From contig OZ024740.1 of NCBI GenBank assembly GCA_964016885.1, positions 359,414,001-359,478,000 of the forward strand: DNA of 64,000 bases, written 5' to 3'. The position numbers and the translations under genes were made by a program. This stretch comes from Eledone cirrhosa. Lineage: Eukaryota. The stretch's first letter is position 1, and each line of letters starts with the position of its first letter. Positions 37,082-50,065 of this stretch are shown in pieces. The notes under the pieces are model-generated. The model saw only the letters and a list, made by a program, of their open reading frames with translations. It was not told the origin of the DNA and did not search any database.

Positions 37082-38876
37082 ATAACGAAGGAAATGTGGT
37101 AAGGAACCGGGTGGACCATAACGCACCAAAGTACTCAATACTTGAGGTAGTAGAGTGGGTAATAGGAACCAGTAAGACCCCGACAGCTGAGCTCAAGCCG
37201 TTTCGACGGCTAATTCTGGACTAAATGAAAATTTATCCTGGTATTTAAATAGCCGATCTTCTCAAGGGGTAATTCCATATATGGTCAAAGTGATTGTCAA
37301 AAATCAGTAGTAATTCTGTGGTTGCAAATTAGTAGGGGAGATGGTGGCTAAACCTGCCAGTAGGAGAAAGAGGGGAGGGGGTGGAGTAGACCCAATCAAG
37401 CGTTGGTAGTGCCAGCTACAGCTGGGCATGAGGTCAAAGAAGATACAGGGGAGGGGGAGGGGGAGGAAGTCGGAACGGTAGGTAGAACAATGGGGGTAGA
37501 AATAGGAAAGAAAAAATACTGAGAGTGAAGAAAAGCAAATAAGTGTAAAGAAAAAAGTAAAGTAAATTAAATTCTACGACCTAGGTGTCAGGCTATTGTT
37601 AGGCGAGAATAAAATAAAGAAAGAAAGAAAGAAGTAAATAAATAAATAAATAAATAAATAAGGAAATAAGTAAGAGAACTAGGTGGGACGGATAAGGCAA
37701 GGACCCTTTTAAGAGGTATAAGTACGTAAATGATACGGTGACGGGTCAACAAAAGGGGCCAAAATACTAAAGAGACTACCACGAAATAAACAATAAAGGT
37801 TTCCATCCCGGGCCAGCAACGACCCAGTGCAGCAAAGTGAACTTGTACGAGATAATAATTCTGAGTCCCGAGAAAAATAAATACTAATGCTAACTCTAAA
37901 AGATCTAAAGCAAGCTACATGAAAGTTCGTACGAAATAAAGGTAGAATACGGAGAAATAAATTCAGAATCCACCCCGCCCAGAAGAAAAGCGAAGCAAGA
38001 AATACTGAAACGAAAAAATAAGGCATAAGTGCCACTAAGAAATATAGAGGGCACAGAGAATAGTGGGAGCGGTCGGAAAAAGGGGGAAAGTATCCGGGGT
38101 CTAAGCCAACTGCTATAAATGGCGGAGTCCGCCAAATCTATCAAAGACTAGGGGAGGGGGGGGGGGGGGTACTAAGGCTACATGGGGCCAAAGGGCAGCC
38201 TCAGGTGGGCGAGAAAAGACGCCGACAAAGGAGAAGAGCTGGGGTAGAGGGACAAAGGAGAGAGGGGGGAAGGAAATAAAGGAAGCGATAAAAGAATACA
38301 AAGAAGATCTTACGTCTTCCTTGGCAAGCAGGGGTTACCCATTGCAAAATCGGCAACTGGGGTGTTATAGCCCTAGTCTACCCCCCGGGTCATTATGGGG
38401 TTTGAGGGCGAGGTAAGTCCTACGCAATCTATGTTTACATGCAGTAACCAGTTCATCTTTCTTGGTTAGGAGTTGGTCCGTCGAAAACAGCATTTGTAAA
38501 GTTTCCTCCGAGCATAAATTGCACGGGCGGCGTCCTCCCGTGTAAGAATTGGCTCTGGACAGTAATCTCCAAGTGAGATCATAGGTGATGTTGTTGTCCT
38601 TGAGGTCCCATATGTCACTTATTTGCTTTTCTTCACTCTCAGTATTTTTTCTTTCCTATTTCTACCCCCATTGTTCTACCTACCGTTCCGACTTCCTCCC
38701 CCTCCCCCTCCCCTGTATCTTCTTTGACCTCATGCCCAGCTGTAGCTGGCACTACCAACGCTTGATTGGGTCTACTCCACCCCCTCCCCTCTTTCTCCTA
38801 CTGGCAGGTTTAGCCACCATCTCCTCTACTAATTTGCAACCACAGAATTACTACTGATTTTTGACAATCACTTTGA

Positions 38877-38884
<8 letters not shown>
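37082..38884 (-). mobile_element. 5'-truncated Penelope-like element with an inverted terminal repeat
   Basis: Minus strand 38420-38612 reads IWDLKDNNITYDLTWRLLSRANSYTGGRRPCNLCSEETLQML...KKDELVTACKHR (PLE GIY-YIG C-terminus). About 268-bp inverted repeat at 37277-37545 and 38616-38884. (TA)n on both flanks. Confidence 0.82.
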
Positions 38885-38949
<65 letters not shown>

Positions 38950-39344
38950 GGAAAAAATATTCTTTTCTTCCTAATAATCGTCTCTTTCTCCCTGTTTTCA
39001 TAAATATATATATATATATATATATCATCATCATCATCATCATCATCATTTTACGTCCGCTTTTCCCTGCTTGCAAGGGTGGGACATATATATATATATG
39101 CTAAGATAGTTAGACGGGAATTTTCGTTCATAAAATTGCGAAGATTGTCTCAGTTAATTGAAGCTTATTTTTTCCACTAGCCATATTTAGAATATATAAC
39201 TCTCCTTGTATATATACACGTCATCCAAAATTATCCTCTGAAGCATTTTTGTCTTTACTCTTTATTAACACTTAATAAGCGTATAGCTCCTTTCAGCTTT
39301 CATATACGTATGTATATAATCATATATAATTGATAATTAAGGTA

Positions 39345-39520
39345 CGTGGGTTAGTGGTTAGAGTGCAGGGACGCGAGTTCTACTCCTGGATTAGGTAGTG
39401 CGTTGTGGCCTTGTCAAGGGTGCACTTGTCTGTTGAATGTTCAACCACTTAAACGTTAATTTCAAGAGCAGGCTGTTTTGTTCATTGAATCAACTAGACC
39501 ACTCAGCGTCGGAAGCGAGA
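39345..39520 (+). mobile_element. Decayed CORE-like SINE
   Basis: tRNA-like head (gtgggttagtggttagagtg..gagttc) and a tail similar to 56020-56100. Confidence 0.5.
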
Positions 39521-39970
39521 TCCAACAACAATGACCATTTTAGTCAAGCAAACCGAAATTGCATTGTCTGAAAATGTTCTAAAATAGACCTGGAACCATG
39601 TGGATGCGAACCAAACTTCATAACCAGACTTTAATACTAGTCTTTTTCTTTCAATTACAATGTGAATGTTTGTAATATGAGAAATTACACTGCCTCAGTG
39701 TGAGTGTGACCTGTGAAACATATGCATATACACCAGGTCCGAACACAAAGGAACCAAACTCCCACTTCCAATGCTTCCGTCTCTCCCGCTGTCCCCATCT
39801 CTCACTATTATGAGCAAGTGGGGCCCACGCGCTGGTCACCCCATGACCCTAACGAACTTGACCCGCAAATTATTACTGATACTTATGTATTTTCCTTTTC
39901 TTTTTTAATCGACTTTTATGAATGACAAATCTGACCTCAATAAATTTAAATTCAAAACTAATTATGATAA

Positions 39971-40155
39971 GCCAGTGGATTGGCAGTATCGGTAGAGGGT
40001 CGGACGCCATGCTTTCCAGCATAGTTACGTCCCTTTACGATCTGAGTTCAAATCCCGCCGAGGTTGACTTTGCCTTTCTTACGGGATCGATAAAATAAAG
40101 TACCAGTAATGAACTGGGTAATTGCTGGCCTTGTGCCTAAAGTAGAAACAATTAT
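39971..40155 (+). mobile_element. Meta-like SINE, subfamily B
   Basis: Diagnostic gctttccagcatagttacgtccctttacgatctgag; ends gtagaaacaattatt. Confidence 0.85.
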
Positions 40156-42242
40156 TCTACCATCGCTGTATACACCGCCCTTGAAATAGATAATAAGTTC
40201 AGTTTCTTTAAGCAAATACTTTCGCTGTTTCAGCTGGTCTATTTATTTCCATACCAGAATTATTCCATAAAAAATTATTTTTACTGCTCTTATGTACTTT
40301 AATTTAGCTTTGTTATATTTTTGTTTTGTATTTTTTTACAGACGAGCTTCTTTGACTATTATCATTACTGTTACTGTATTGGTGAATAGCCAATTCTAAC
40401 AGAGTCCACTTAGACAAGGAATAAAAATAATCAAATATATTATTCATGTCTTATATTTCATTTTTACGTTGTGTTCTCATGTTTCTTGAACTATATTTAC
40501 TCATTTTTTGTTTTCTTATTGTTTTCTTAATTTTGATGAAGTAATGATTTCTTATAGAGGCATTAAACATTCATAATTGTGGGGGAGATGGGGAAATGAT
40601 ATTTGTGTGTCAGCAAAACATCAGTGCAACTGTTAAGTTTCCGTCATATAGATTAAGCTTCGTTTCAAACTTAGTTTATCTATTATAATCTGTGATATTT
40701 TACACAAGCTGCCAAATTTATTGATTCATTAAGAAAGTTTTGAGAAATATGAGAACTGGCAGGTCACCAAAGCTACACTAGTCTAACGAAACAGAAATCT
40801 TTAACTCTGCAGACAATCCATGTTAGCTACATTCACTTGCCTCATTTATTAGCTACTAGTGGAAGTTGTTAGTGCGAGTGACAGAAAATTGGTTTTGCTG
40901 TGTTACATTGAATTAGCCAGTGGGTCACGTTCGCATTCAGGCCACGATTCAATTTCCCCACACTACCTCCTATAAATATCTAAAACCTTCATATTTGCCT
41001 AAGGGAATCACAGTTTGTAGCAAGCGATATAGAGAAACTTTGTTTTTTTTTGTTTTGTTTTTTGTTGTTGTTGCTGTTGACGTTGTTGTTGAAGATGATG
41101 CTGTTGTTATGGTGAGGGTGGCGGTGATTGTGTATTAGCCCTCGGTCAAACCTCAGTGAGCAGATCTATGATCGAAAGCCTCCAGTTTTAACAATCTCAT
41201 CCTCTGGAATATTGCGGATTCAGGACCGCTTTATGTCCATCCATTTATTAAGACATGAGAGTGTTCTTTCACTGATATTTACCCGCTACTTCTAACAAAA
41301 TGATCGATCGTATAGAGAAATCCTTTGTTAGCTAGCAGTGAAGTTGTTTTTAGTTTTATTTTTCAGTTAACTGAGAGACTGACCTATTTTTGTAAATTCC
41401 TGGCTGAAGCCAATTTGCATTACTTAGGCTGTTAAAACGAATGTACTTAATCAATATTACTTCCTACATATCTGAAACACTGTTCCTATGTAAATAAAAT
41501 GTATATTGTGCTAAGGGACTCAGATCACAGGATTTAATTTCTGCCAAGGTTAGATTTGATCTCCCAATGGTCAATAATATATTACCATGCATATAGCGGA
41601 ATGGTTCAGTTCAGTATATCCCTCTCCTGTGTAAAGAATTGGTCGAGTGAATGGAAATGAATTAGTAATAATCACTTGGTGAAATACTGTGTATTCCGGC
41701 ATATAAGATAACTTGTGTATAAAATATAACCTTGTTTCTTTGTTTTATTTCATATCTCTTACTTTTTTTCTATTATGCTTCCTTCTCGGAAAAACAAAAT
41801 ACCTTAGAATACGTTAAATTTGGCAGCATACAGTTTTGAATAAATTGTGCCATTTACATGAAATGAATTTACTGATTTGGTCCAATGGCATTGATTATCA
41901 ATAGCAATGTTGGAAATTTTACAAATGATGAATGTAACAACTTAATGATTGGGAGGATTTTTAAAAGCTTCCATGATAGACTTATACATCAATAAACTAC
42001 AATCAAACTAGAGTCACTGTCTCAGTTCATTAGTTGGTGAGGCATGTCATTTAGAATTATGTCCGTTCATACAGCGACAAATATAAACGGACATATAGAT
42101 AAATCATAGGTGACATCAGACGTCAATTAATAAGCTTTATTTTGACATTTATGCTTGAATGTTCAAAGGAGGCAAATGAAATGTGAAAACATTCCACTTA
42201 ATTGAGATGGTTCTGTACACCTGTGACGATGACAGGCGCACA

Positions 42243-42324
<82 letters not shown>

Positions 42325-42991
42325 TGCACATGCACATGCACACATTTAAACACAACTACACATACACAGTGGTATATCTCATCCCTTTTATTTTTCTCGC
42401 TCTTTCTTTCACTCTCGCTTTTCATCTGTCTCAATATTGATTGCATACATAGAGCTAGTGAAATATTAGAAATGGCTAAATGCTAAATGCCAGTATTTAT
42501 TCTGGTACATTATTACAGCATTTATAACAAATGGATTGATCGAAGTTATTGTTAATCAAGTCACAAAAGCTACACTACTTCAACGGCTTTATTGCGATAC
42601 GAATTTCGCCAATGCAGACCATCACTAAATTTTCAATTTGAAGCACTATGATATTCTTTTTTTACAGTACAAAGTCTAGGATTTTTGGTCCTATTCCCAC
42701 CAGGAATGACTTTACTTATTTTCTTAACAATGACGATGAAATAAACTGTAGTAATATACATGATTCGTTTCAATTGATTATGCCATCCCCCAACATTAAG
42801 ATCTTGCACGCTTTCACGTGTCTAGCGAAACCATTATCGATCGTTAGATATATTGATTGAGTTTTGTAAGCATCTTTTACTAGATCCAAGTCAAGTAAGA
42901 TTATATTCGATCGTTTCAAATATATTACAGATATTAAACGTGAGTCATAATAACGACTCATATGACCCCTATATCTAATGTTTATCAACAC

Positions 42992-43318
42992 CAGAGGTTC
43001 TCAAAGTGGGCGCTATCATCCCCCTGGGAGCGTTAACAAGGTCCAAGGGGGCACTGGGGGTCGTTAGAGATGATATATTAGTATATTAGATATCAAATGA
43101 TACATATTATATATAAAGTAAAATAGAAAATATATATATACAATATTTATACATAGTATATATATTATTTATTATATATAAATTAACGATTTTATTCATT
43201 ATATATTATTTACAATTTGTGTGTAGGCAAGTCTCTCTAGAAATAGGTTTATAGGGGTCGCTGAGGTTATTATGTGGCCGTGGTGATGGGGGTAGCCCAA
43301 AAGGTTTGAGAACCTCTG
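42992..43318. mobile_element. hAT (Charlie-like) MITE
   Basis: Perfect 14-bp TIR cagaggttctcaaa/tttgagaacctctg; 8-bp TSD atcaacac/atctacac (7 of 8 match). Confidence 0.85.
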
Positions 43319-43679
43319 ATCTACACTTAGTCGCGCAGTGAATATTTTAAGCTGTAATCATATCATGTATCTATATAAGATTGACCGATACATATCACTG
43401 CCGTTATAGTTCGTCAGCACACGCCAACACCAAAATGTTAAGGCATGAAAATAATTGTTTCTACGTTAGGCACAAGGCCAGCAATTACCCAGTGCATTAC
43501 TGGTACTTTAGTTAAGGAATGAAAATAATATCTTCAAATAGATTTTGGAAAGAAACTATTTTTGGTGATGTCTTATTTACATATAGTGCCCGCCAACAAT
43601 GTTTCTTCATATGAAAAAAAGCTTAATATTTAAAATTAAAACACGGGCTTAATGCTTCAGGCTAAAATGATTTAAGTTA

Positions 43680-44560
43680 CATTCCTAGAAATTTGCAAAG
43701 ACGGTAAAGGCGTCCAAAATTAAGACTTGGGAGGACTTTGGGGTTAAAATGGAATCCGAATTTTGATCAGCAAATAAAGTATTCTGGCAGATCATCCGCC
43801 GATTTCGTAAATAAGAAATCCTCTTTGACGCCTGCTATCTGGGGTTCTTCTCTCTTCAGAGAGGTGCATCCTCCTGAGGTGGAGAGAATACTCTGCTGAT
43901 ATCCTAAACCCAATTACAGCAACATCCTCTTATGTACATGAAATGTATCTAGGAGCGCTGGCTAACCTCTCGAAAGCTGATGTTGTCAGAACAATTAAAG
44001 AGTTAAAATGTGGCAAGGCCGCTGAGGAGGATGAAATTCGACACGAGATTTTAAAAGTTTCAAATAGAGAAAATATTCTCTGGTTGACTTGTGTGAGCCG
44101 CGTTGTCTGGGAGACAATTATAGAGGGATCTCCTTGTTAAGCCTCTCCGATAAAGTCTATGCTAAGTGTCTAGCTAAGAGATGTTGGAATATTGTCGAGT
44201 CAAAGCTAACTGACAATTAGTGTGGTTTTCGCCTAGGACGCAGAATAGCCAGCCAAGTATCCACACTACAGTAAGTCTTCAAAATCTCGGGGGAGTATTG
44301 CCAAGAGGTGTATGATTCTTTCGTATACCTTGAAAAGGCATAGGACTGCGTTCTGTGAGACCTGTTTTGGAAGGTTCTGAAAGAGTAAGGGATCGATGGA
44401 CAGATTCTTGTTACCCTGAAGTCACGATACGAACGCCCTAGTATTTGTGTTCGGATATATGGTGTTAAGTCGAAATCATTCAATGTGGGTGTCGGACTTC
44501 GCCAAGGATGCGTGATGTCACCTTTCTTGTTCATAATCTTCATGGACAGGATTTACATGC
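43680..44560 (+). mobile_element. Decayed RTE-clade LINE RT fragment
   Basis: LKCGKAAEEDEIRHEILK, YRGISLLSL..KVYAK, CGFRLGR, LEKA.D.V and VGLRQGCVMSPFLFIIFMDRI, with stops. Confidence 0.82.
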
Positions 44561-44569
44561 GAGGCATCT

Positions 44570-44830
44570 TCAACAAGTGTCATTTACCATAGCCTCGGGT
44601 AGATCCAAGCATTGTAAGTGAAATTGGGTAAACGGAAACTGTTTGGAAGCCCGTCATTATCCACTGTACCTATAATTCGAAGGACCAGCTGTGTCGCTCA
44701 CTGTATCACGCTGAATTTCCCTGAGAATTGCATTAAAGACACATGCCTGTAGAATGTTCAGCCACTTACACGTTAATTTCGTGAGCAGATTATTCCGTTG
44801 ATGGAACAACTGGAAGATTCGTTATCAAAA
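44570..44830 (+). mobile_element. CORE-like SINE, 5'-truncated
   Basis: caagtgtcatttaccatagcctcgggt..gtgaaattgggtaaacggaaactgtttggaagccc, shared with 55860-55945. Confidence 0.65.
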
Positions 44831-46613
44831 CTTTTGCAGGTACATTCCACTTTCTGTGAAAATGAATCCACTCCTGTACTTAATCTCAGAATGGTCCTCT
44901 CCAGTTTTCACAACCGACATAAAACTTTGTTTTTAAAATACATAGCTCAATGTGTTTGCAATTCAAACATCGTCTAAATTTAAGTTTATGGAATCATCAA
45001 TAATAAACTGAAATGTTCTTTAATAGCCGTCCTGACAACACTTGTTACAACAAATATTATAGCTTTCACAGAATATTAGGACCCTATTCTGTATATGTTA
45101 TATGTTTACAATATGTAATTACAATAACTTTCAACACCAACCGACTTAAACAAAATTAACTAGATATATATTCGATGCATTCTGCGCCAATTAGTTCCAA
45201 ACACTTAATATGAACATGTAACAAGTATATAATTAACTATATATTTATGCATCATCACTTCTACCACTCATCTAATATTCTTATATATAGTCCAGATGTT
45301 TTGTATTTGAATAAATTCTTGAATTAATATTACTGTTTAGGATCTAGAATTATCAAATTATTCTGACGTTTATTGGCAACTATTCAATAGTAATAAATTT
45401 TAATGTAGTTTGTAAACTATCGCCAAAGGCAGCCTGTGAATCTGTCAGAAACTCTAGAACACCGGACTGAAGGATTTCCAGTATTTAATATTGTATCTCT
45501 ATTCGTTCTCTGTTCTAATATCGCTGATATCGCTGATTGCCTTCCATTTCTACACGTAACACAGTGATTAACATACAGTGATTAATTTTATCAATGATAC
45601 TAACTCTTAAAAATAAATGTTGTCAGCGTAAATAGTCGAGAACTATAATTAATCTAATTAAAAAAATATATAATTATTTACTTATTTATTTAAAATTTTA
45701 TTTATTTGTTTATTTATTTATTTATTGTATGTTACAATTCGTAAACAACGACGTCATTTAACATATCTGAAAATAGAAGAAATGTTTTATAAGAGAAAAT
45801 ATGAAAAATAAAATATTTAGAACTGTCATAACATCACTACCCCAATGATACTAGCCTGGGTGGTGCGGGGAGCGTTCTCTGGTGTGCAAGGCCCCGAGTA
45901 CTAGCTGCATCGTGGTCCCCACGAACAGAATTATGAAAGCGTTTCCCGAAGGATGGCGAGGGAGACACGTTGGAATAGCCATTCCAACTACTGTGGCTCC
46001 CTCCAGCGGGTTGCCACTACCGCCCAGATAGCAGCGAGTATGGCAATGGTCCTGGGCCCAAGAATGCCTTTACTGCGGCAGTATCGACGGCAAACCTATC
46101 GGAGAGCGACCTATACTTCGACAGCTTGCGATGTTCGGCTTGACGAACAGTGAAACCTTGGTTAATCACCAAATGCACTAGCTTGCCATCGGGGGTGTCA
46201 TTGCATGTAGCGACCCAGATAAGAGACGTACCACCATGAAATGGTTAGATTGTGATGCCATCTGGCTTTTTGCCGTCACCTCAGTCTAGCTCCACTTACT
46301 ACGGGTTCAAACAGGTTCATTACCCTTTCGCTATATTTCTGACGGCAAGAGGAACAAGGGAATATGTAACTAGATGCGAAAGAAATAATTCAGAAGACAT
46401 TCATACACAGACGCGCACGCACATCTATACATACTCACATTCACACACACACATATATATATATGTCTGCGTGTGGATGTTTGTATGTGTGTGTTTGTGT
46501 GTGTGTGTTTATATGTATGTGTTTGTGTGTGTGTTTGTGTGGTTGTGTGTATATATTCCAGAAAATATCATATATATTCACTAGCTCTGACAGTTGGCAA
46601 GTAAACAGTATAC

Positions 46614-46652
46614 GGTACTGATGAAGGGTAATCAGCCTGAAATTCGTTTTCC
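46614..46652 (+). ncRNA. Candidate solitary minimal hammerhead
   Basis: GGUA CUGAUGA AGG GUAAUCAG CCU GAAA UUCG UU UUCC. Core boxes are intact; helix I has a U-U mismatch. Confidence 0.45.
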
Positions 46653-46790
46653 AGTTACGCGATCCAGGTTTGATTCCACTAGTTAACACATTGAAAAAGT
46701 TATTTCGATTGTAGGTTCGGGTTAACCAATATTGTGGGACTAGATTTTTATAGGCAGAAACTGTGTGGAAGAACGTTGTATATATATATT

Positions 46791-46903
<113 letters not shown>

Positions 46904-46932
46904 ATATATATATATGTGTGTGTGTATGTATG

Positions 46933-47082
<150 letters not shown>

Positions 47083-47131
47083 CTGAATTTGTTTAGCTAG
47101 ATTCTTTATCTGAAAACATGTGTTGAAACCG

Positions 47132-49412
47132 ATATTGTCATACTTTGGGAGGGTCATGTTGCCAATAAGAAACATGCGCACCAGTTGCTTTCACTCCAAT
47201 TTATTATAAATTAAATTATAAATTTTTTAAAAATTTATAAATTTCCGGTTGGTTGGTTGTTCATATATTGTCAAAGTTCTTTAGTCACACATTCTGTGAC
47301 CTCATCAGTGACCGGGGATTCTTTTCTTTGTTTTGTGCCTCTCCTTTGTCTTGTCCTACGCCATCTTGTTTTTGTGTGTGTTGTGTGCTTAGTTTACGCA
47401 TGTGTTACATCCCGGTGTCTGTGTCTGTTTTCATTTGTTTATTTATTTGTTTATTTACATGTTACTAGTTGGTTGTTTGTTCTATCTGTGTGTGTTTTCA
47501 TTTTGTCCTTAAGTCGTGATGTTTTCATGTTTTCTATTTAATTTTGGTTGGAGTTCATTTATGTTTATTGCCTCTGTGATTTGTCTAAACATTGCATCTT
47601 TTCTGTGTGTAGATTTTATTTTTATTTCTATGTTCTCTAATTTGCCCTTATGTTCTATTCTAGCATGTTGGTGGAGTACTGATGAGTCTTTTCTATCTTG
47701 AAGCTCTCGCCAGTGTTCATTTAATTGTTCTCCTATACTATGAGCTGTCTCACCTATGTACATTATATTCTTATCTTTACATTGTCCCTCAGTACATCTT
47801 ATGCTATATACTATGTTTCTAGTTTTGCAGTTAATATAGGGGCTTAGTTTACAGATTATGCATTTCTTATCTATACAGGGAGGTCTTTGAAAAGGGTATG
47901 TATTACTAATAAGTGTTTTTATGGAGGTACCTGGTCTTTTCACTATCTTAATATTTAGTTTAAGTTTATCTAGGGCCCTTCTAAATTTGTAAGCTAGTTC
48001 ACCTCTAGGGGTCGTATTGATGAAAATTACACTATGGTATTTATTGCTATCATACCATGAGTTTATTCTACTAACCTTATTCCTAGTTCTTTCTATTCTA
48101 TTCCAATAGTTGCTCCTATACAAGGGGCAGGTCCTATTTCTATCATTATTTACCATTTTTCCCCATTTGGTTCTGGCTCCTCTATATACTCTGATTTTAT
48201 CTCTCTGATTGTAACCAGAGAACTGCATACGGTGGATGATAGTTCTTTGTGGTTGCACATGCGGGACACGTTCCTCATCACCCGTACTAAATCCGCAATC
48301 AGTATGTTGATTTTGGTGTGATCCGAAACAGCTGAGTTTCGGTGGATCAGGTATTTGGAAGTCATGGGTTTTGCATAATGGGAATGGGGGATTTGTTTTT
48401 TTGTTATTAATGGTTTCTAACCAGAGCTCTGTGTCTAGTACAGGTAATCGATGGTTGGGGTGTTTGCTTGGGTAGTCTATAGCAACTCTAATACTCTGGT
48501 GGATCGAGTTAGCTATTTGCTGGATGCTTTCCATGGTGTTTTTCTCTAATTCCTAACTGTTCTCTAGTGGGGGTGTTTTTACTACGATGTTTATATCATC
48601 AACGTAGCGGGAGTACATAATCAGGGTTAATAGCTTGTTGTCTTCTAATTAAGTCTACTGTCCCACCATACCATGAATAGGTTAGCTATGTCACATGCAA
48701 TGCTAACACCAATGCTGCTCCCTCCTCTTGGACATATGTTTTTCCATTAAATTTCAACATATGTTCCTTAAGGGTTAGTTTTATACTGGCCCCCATCGCA
48801 TGTGCAATCATTTTGTTTAGTTCATCATGGTTTTCGGGGGTCCGTATGGCTCTCGTCCACCCGTTCTATCTTTCTGTGTAGGTTTTCTTGGCCATTGAGG
48901 TAATGGTAGGTGGTCTGCTTCTTGCTGGCCTTGTGGGGAAGAGGTTGCTAAGGTCATACGTATCTAGATAATCATTATTATATGTAAGTTTAAGTAGGAA
49001 TCCCAGCTCACTGGTATCAATTCCACGGAATTCAACATTGCTCTCACTGATCATTTCCACGCATTTCTCCACAGCAAAATCCACGTCAATGGATGGGTAT
49101 AGGGACACTACATCCATACTACCTATTATACAGTCTGTTAGGTCCCTACACAGGTTATTTTCGCTGATTCTGCTGAGGAGGTCCTCCGTACTGTCACATA
49201 TATCCGGGGACATTTCAATGATGGGGCGTACGATTAGCGACGAAAGAACTTTGACAATATATGAACAACCGTCCTGTTGTGGAACCAACCAACCAACCGG
49301 ATGTTTATACATTTTTTTTAATTTATAATTTAATTTATAATAAATTGGAGTGAAAGCAACTAGTGCGTGTGTTTCTTATTGGCAACATGACCCTTCCAAA
49401 GTATAACAATAT
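47132..49412 (-). mobile_element. 5'-truncated Penelope-like element with an inverted terminal repeat
   Basis: RT motifs GSMDVVSLYPSID, RYVDD and LPVLD; GIY-YIG NIVYSIRC...YIGET..HW...HARIEH...PKLN. Inverted repeat at 47132-47285 and 49239-49412. Confidence 0.9.
47270..47313 (-). ncRNA. Minimal hammerhead in the PLE 3' repeat (GAAA mutated to UAAA)
   Basis: GGUCA CUGAUGA G GUCACA GAAUG UGUGAC UAAA GAAC UU UGAC. The inverted copy at 49239 preserves GAC GAAA GAACUUUGAC. Confidence 0.72.
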
Positions 49413-49539
49413 ATATATATATATTAATAAAAGGAATTCCAACTTTGTCTGATTTACTCGTTTTATTTACAATCCTTTAAAATTTATAATGGTATTAGAA
49501 TGAAATAGTATGGTAGAATATTAAATGTTAAGTGTTAAT

Positions 49540-49578
49540 TGAACAAGTACTTTCATGCTTTCGCAATCTTCAGGTTCA
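49540..49578 (-). ncRNA. Minimal type I hammerhead ribozyme, intact
   Basis: UGAAC CUGAAGA U UGC GAAA GCA U GAAA GUAC UU GUUCA. Palindromic helix III AAGUACUU, as in PLE dimeric hammerheads. Confidence 0.88.
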
Positions 49579-49880
49579 TAATGTGTGGTGTCAGTCAAGT
49601 TTGCAATTTTCAACTGTAATGAGATGGGTAAATTTTGTGCCTTATATACAGTGAAAAGTGGCTCCAGAATGCTAAATCTTGCAAACTGTATTTCGACCAA
49701 TCGGTGTGTAGTTTCACTGGATTACTAAAGCTGATTGGTTTAGGCGACATGGTTGGTTGAGCATGTCTAACGACTACTAATTGACCCTATCCAAAGCATC
49801 AATTGTTTTGCTATTTTTAGAAATGATGAAAATAGCATTTTCTAGTAATCATCACCATTAACATCACTTTTATTATTATT

Positions 49881-50065
49881 ATTTGGCAGTATCAGTAGAG
49901 GGTCGGACGCCATGCTTTTACGCATAGAGTTACGGCCCTTGCTATTCTGAGTTCAAATCCCGCCGAGGTTAACTTTTCCTTTCATCCTTACGGGGTCGAT
50001 AAAATAAAGTACCAGTAATGCACTGGGGAATTTGCTGGCCTTGTGCCAAAAGTAGAAACAATTAT
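49881..50065 (+). mobile_element. Meta-like SINE, subfamily A, inserted in an (ATT)n run of the PLE 3'UTR
   Basis: Matches the 5152-5339 family; (att)n on both sides. Confidence 0.85.
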
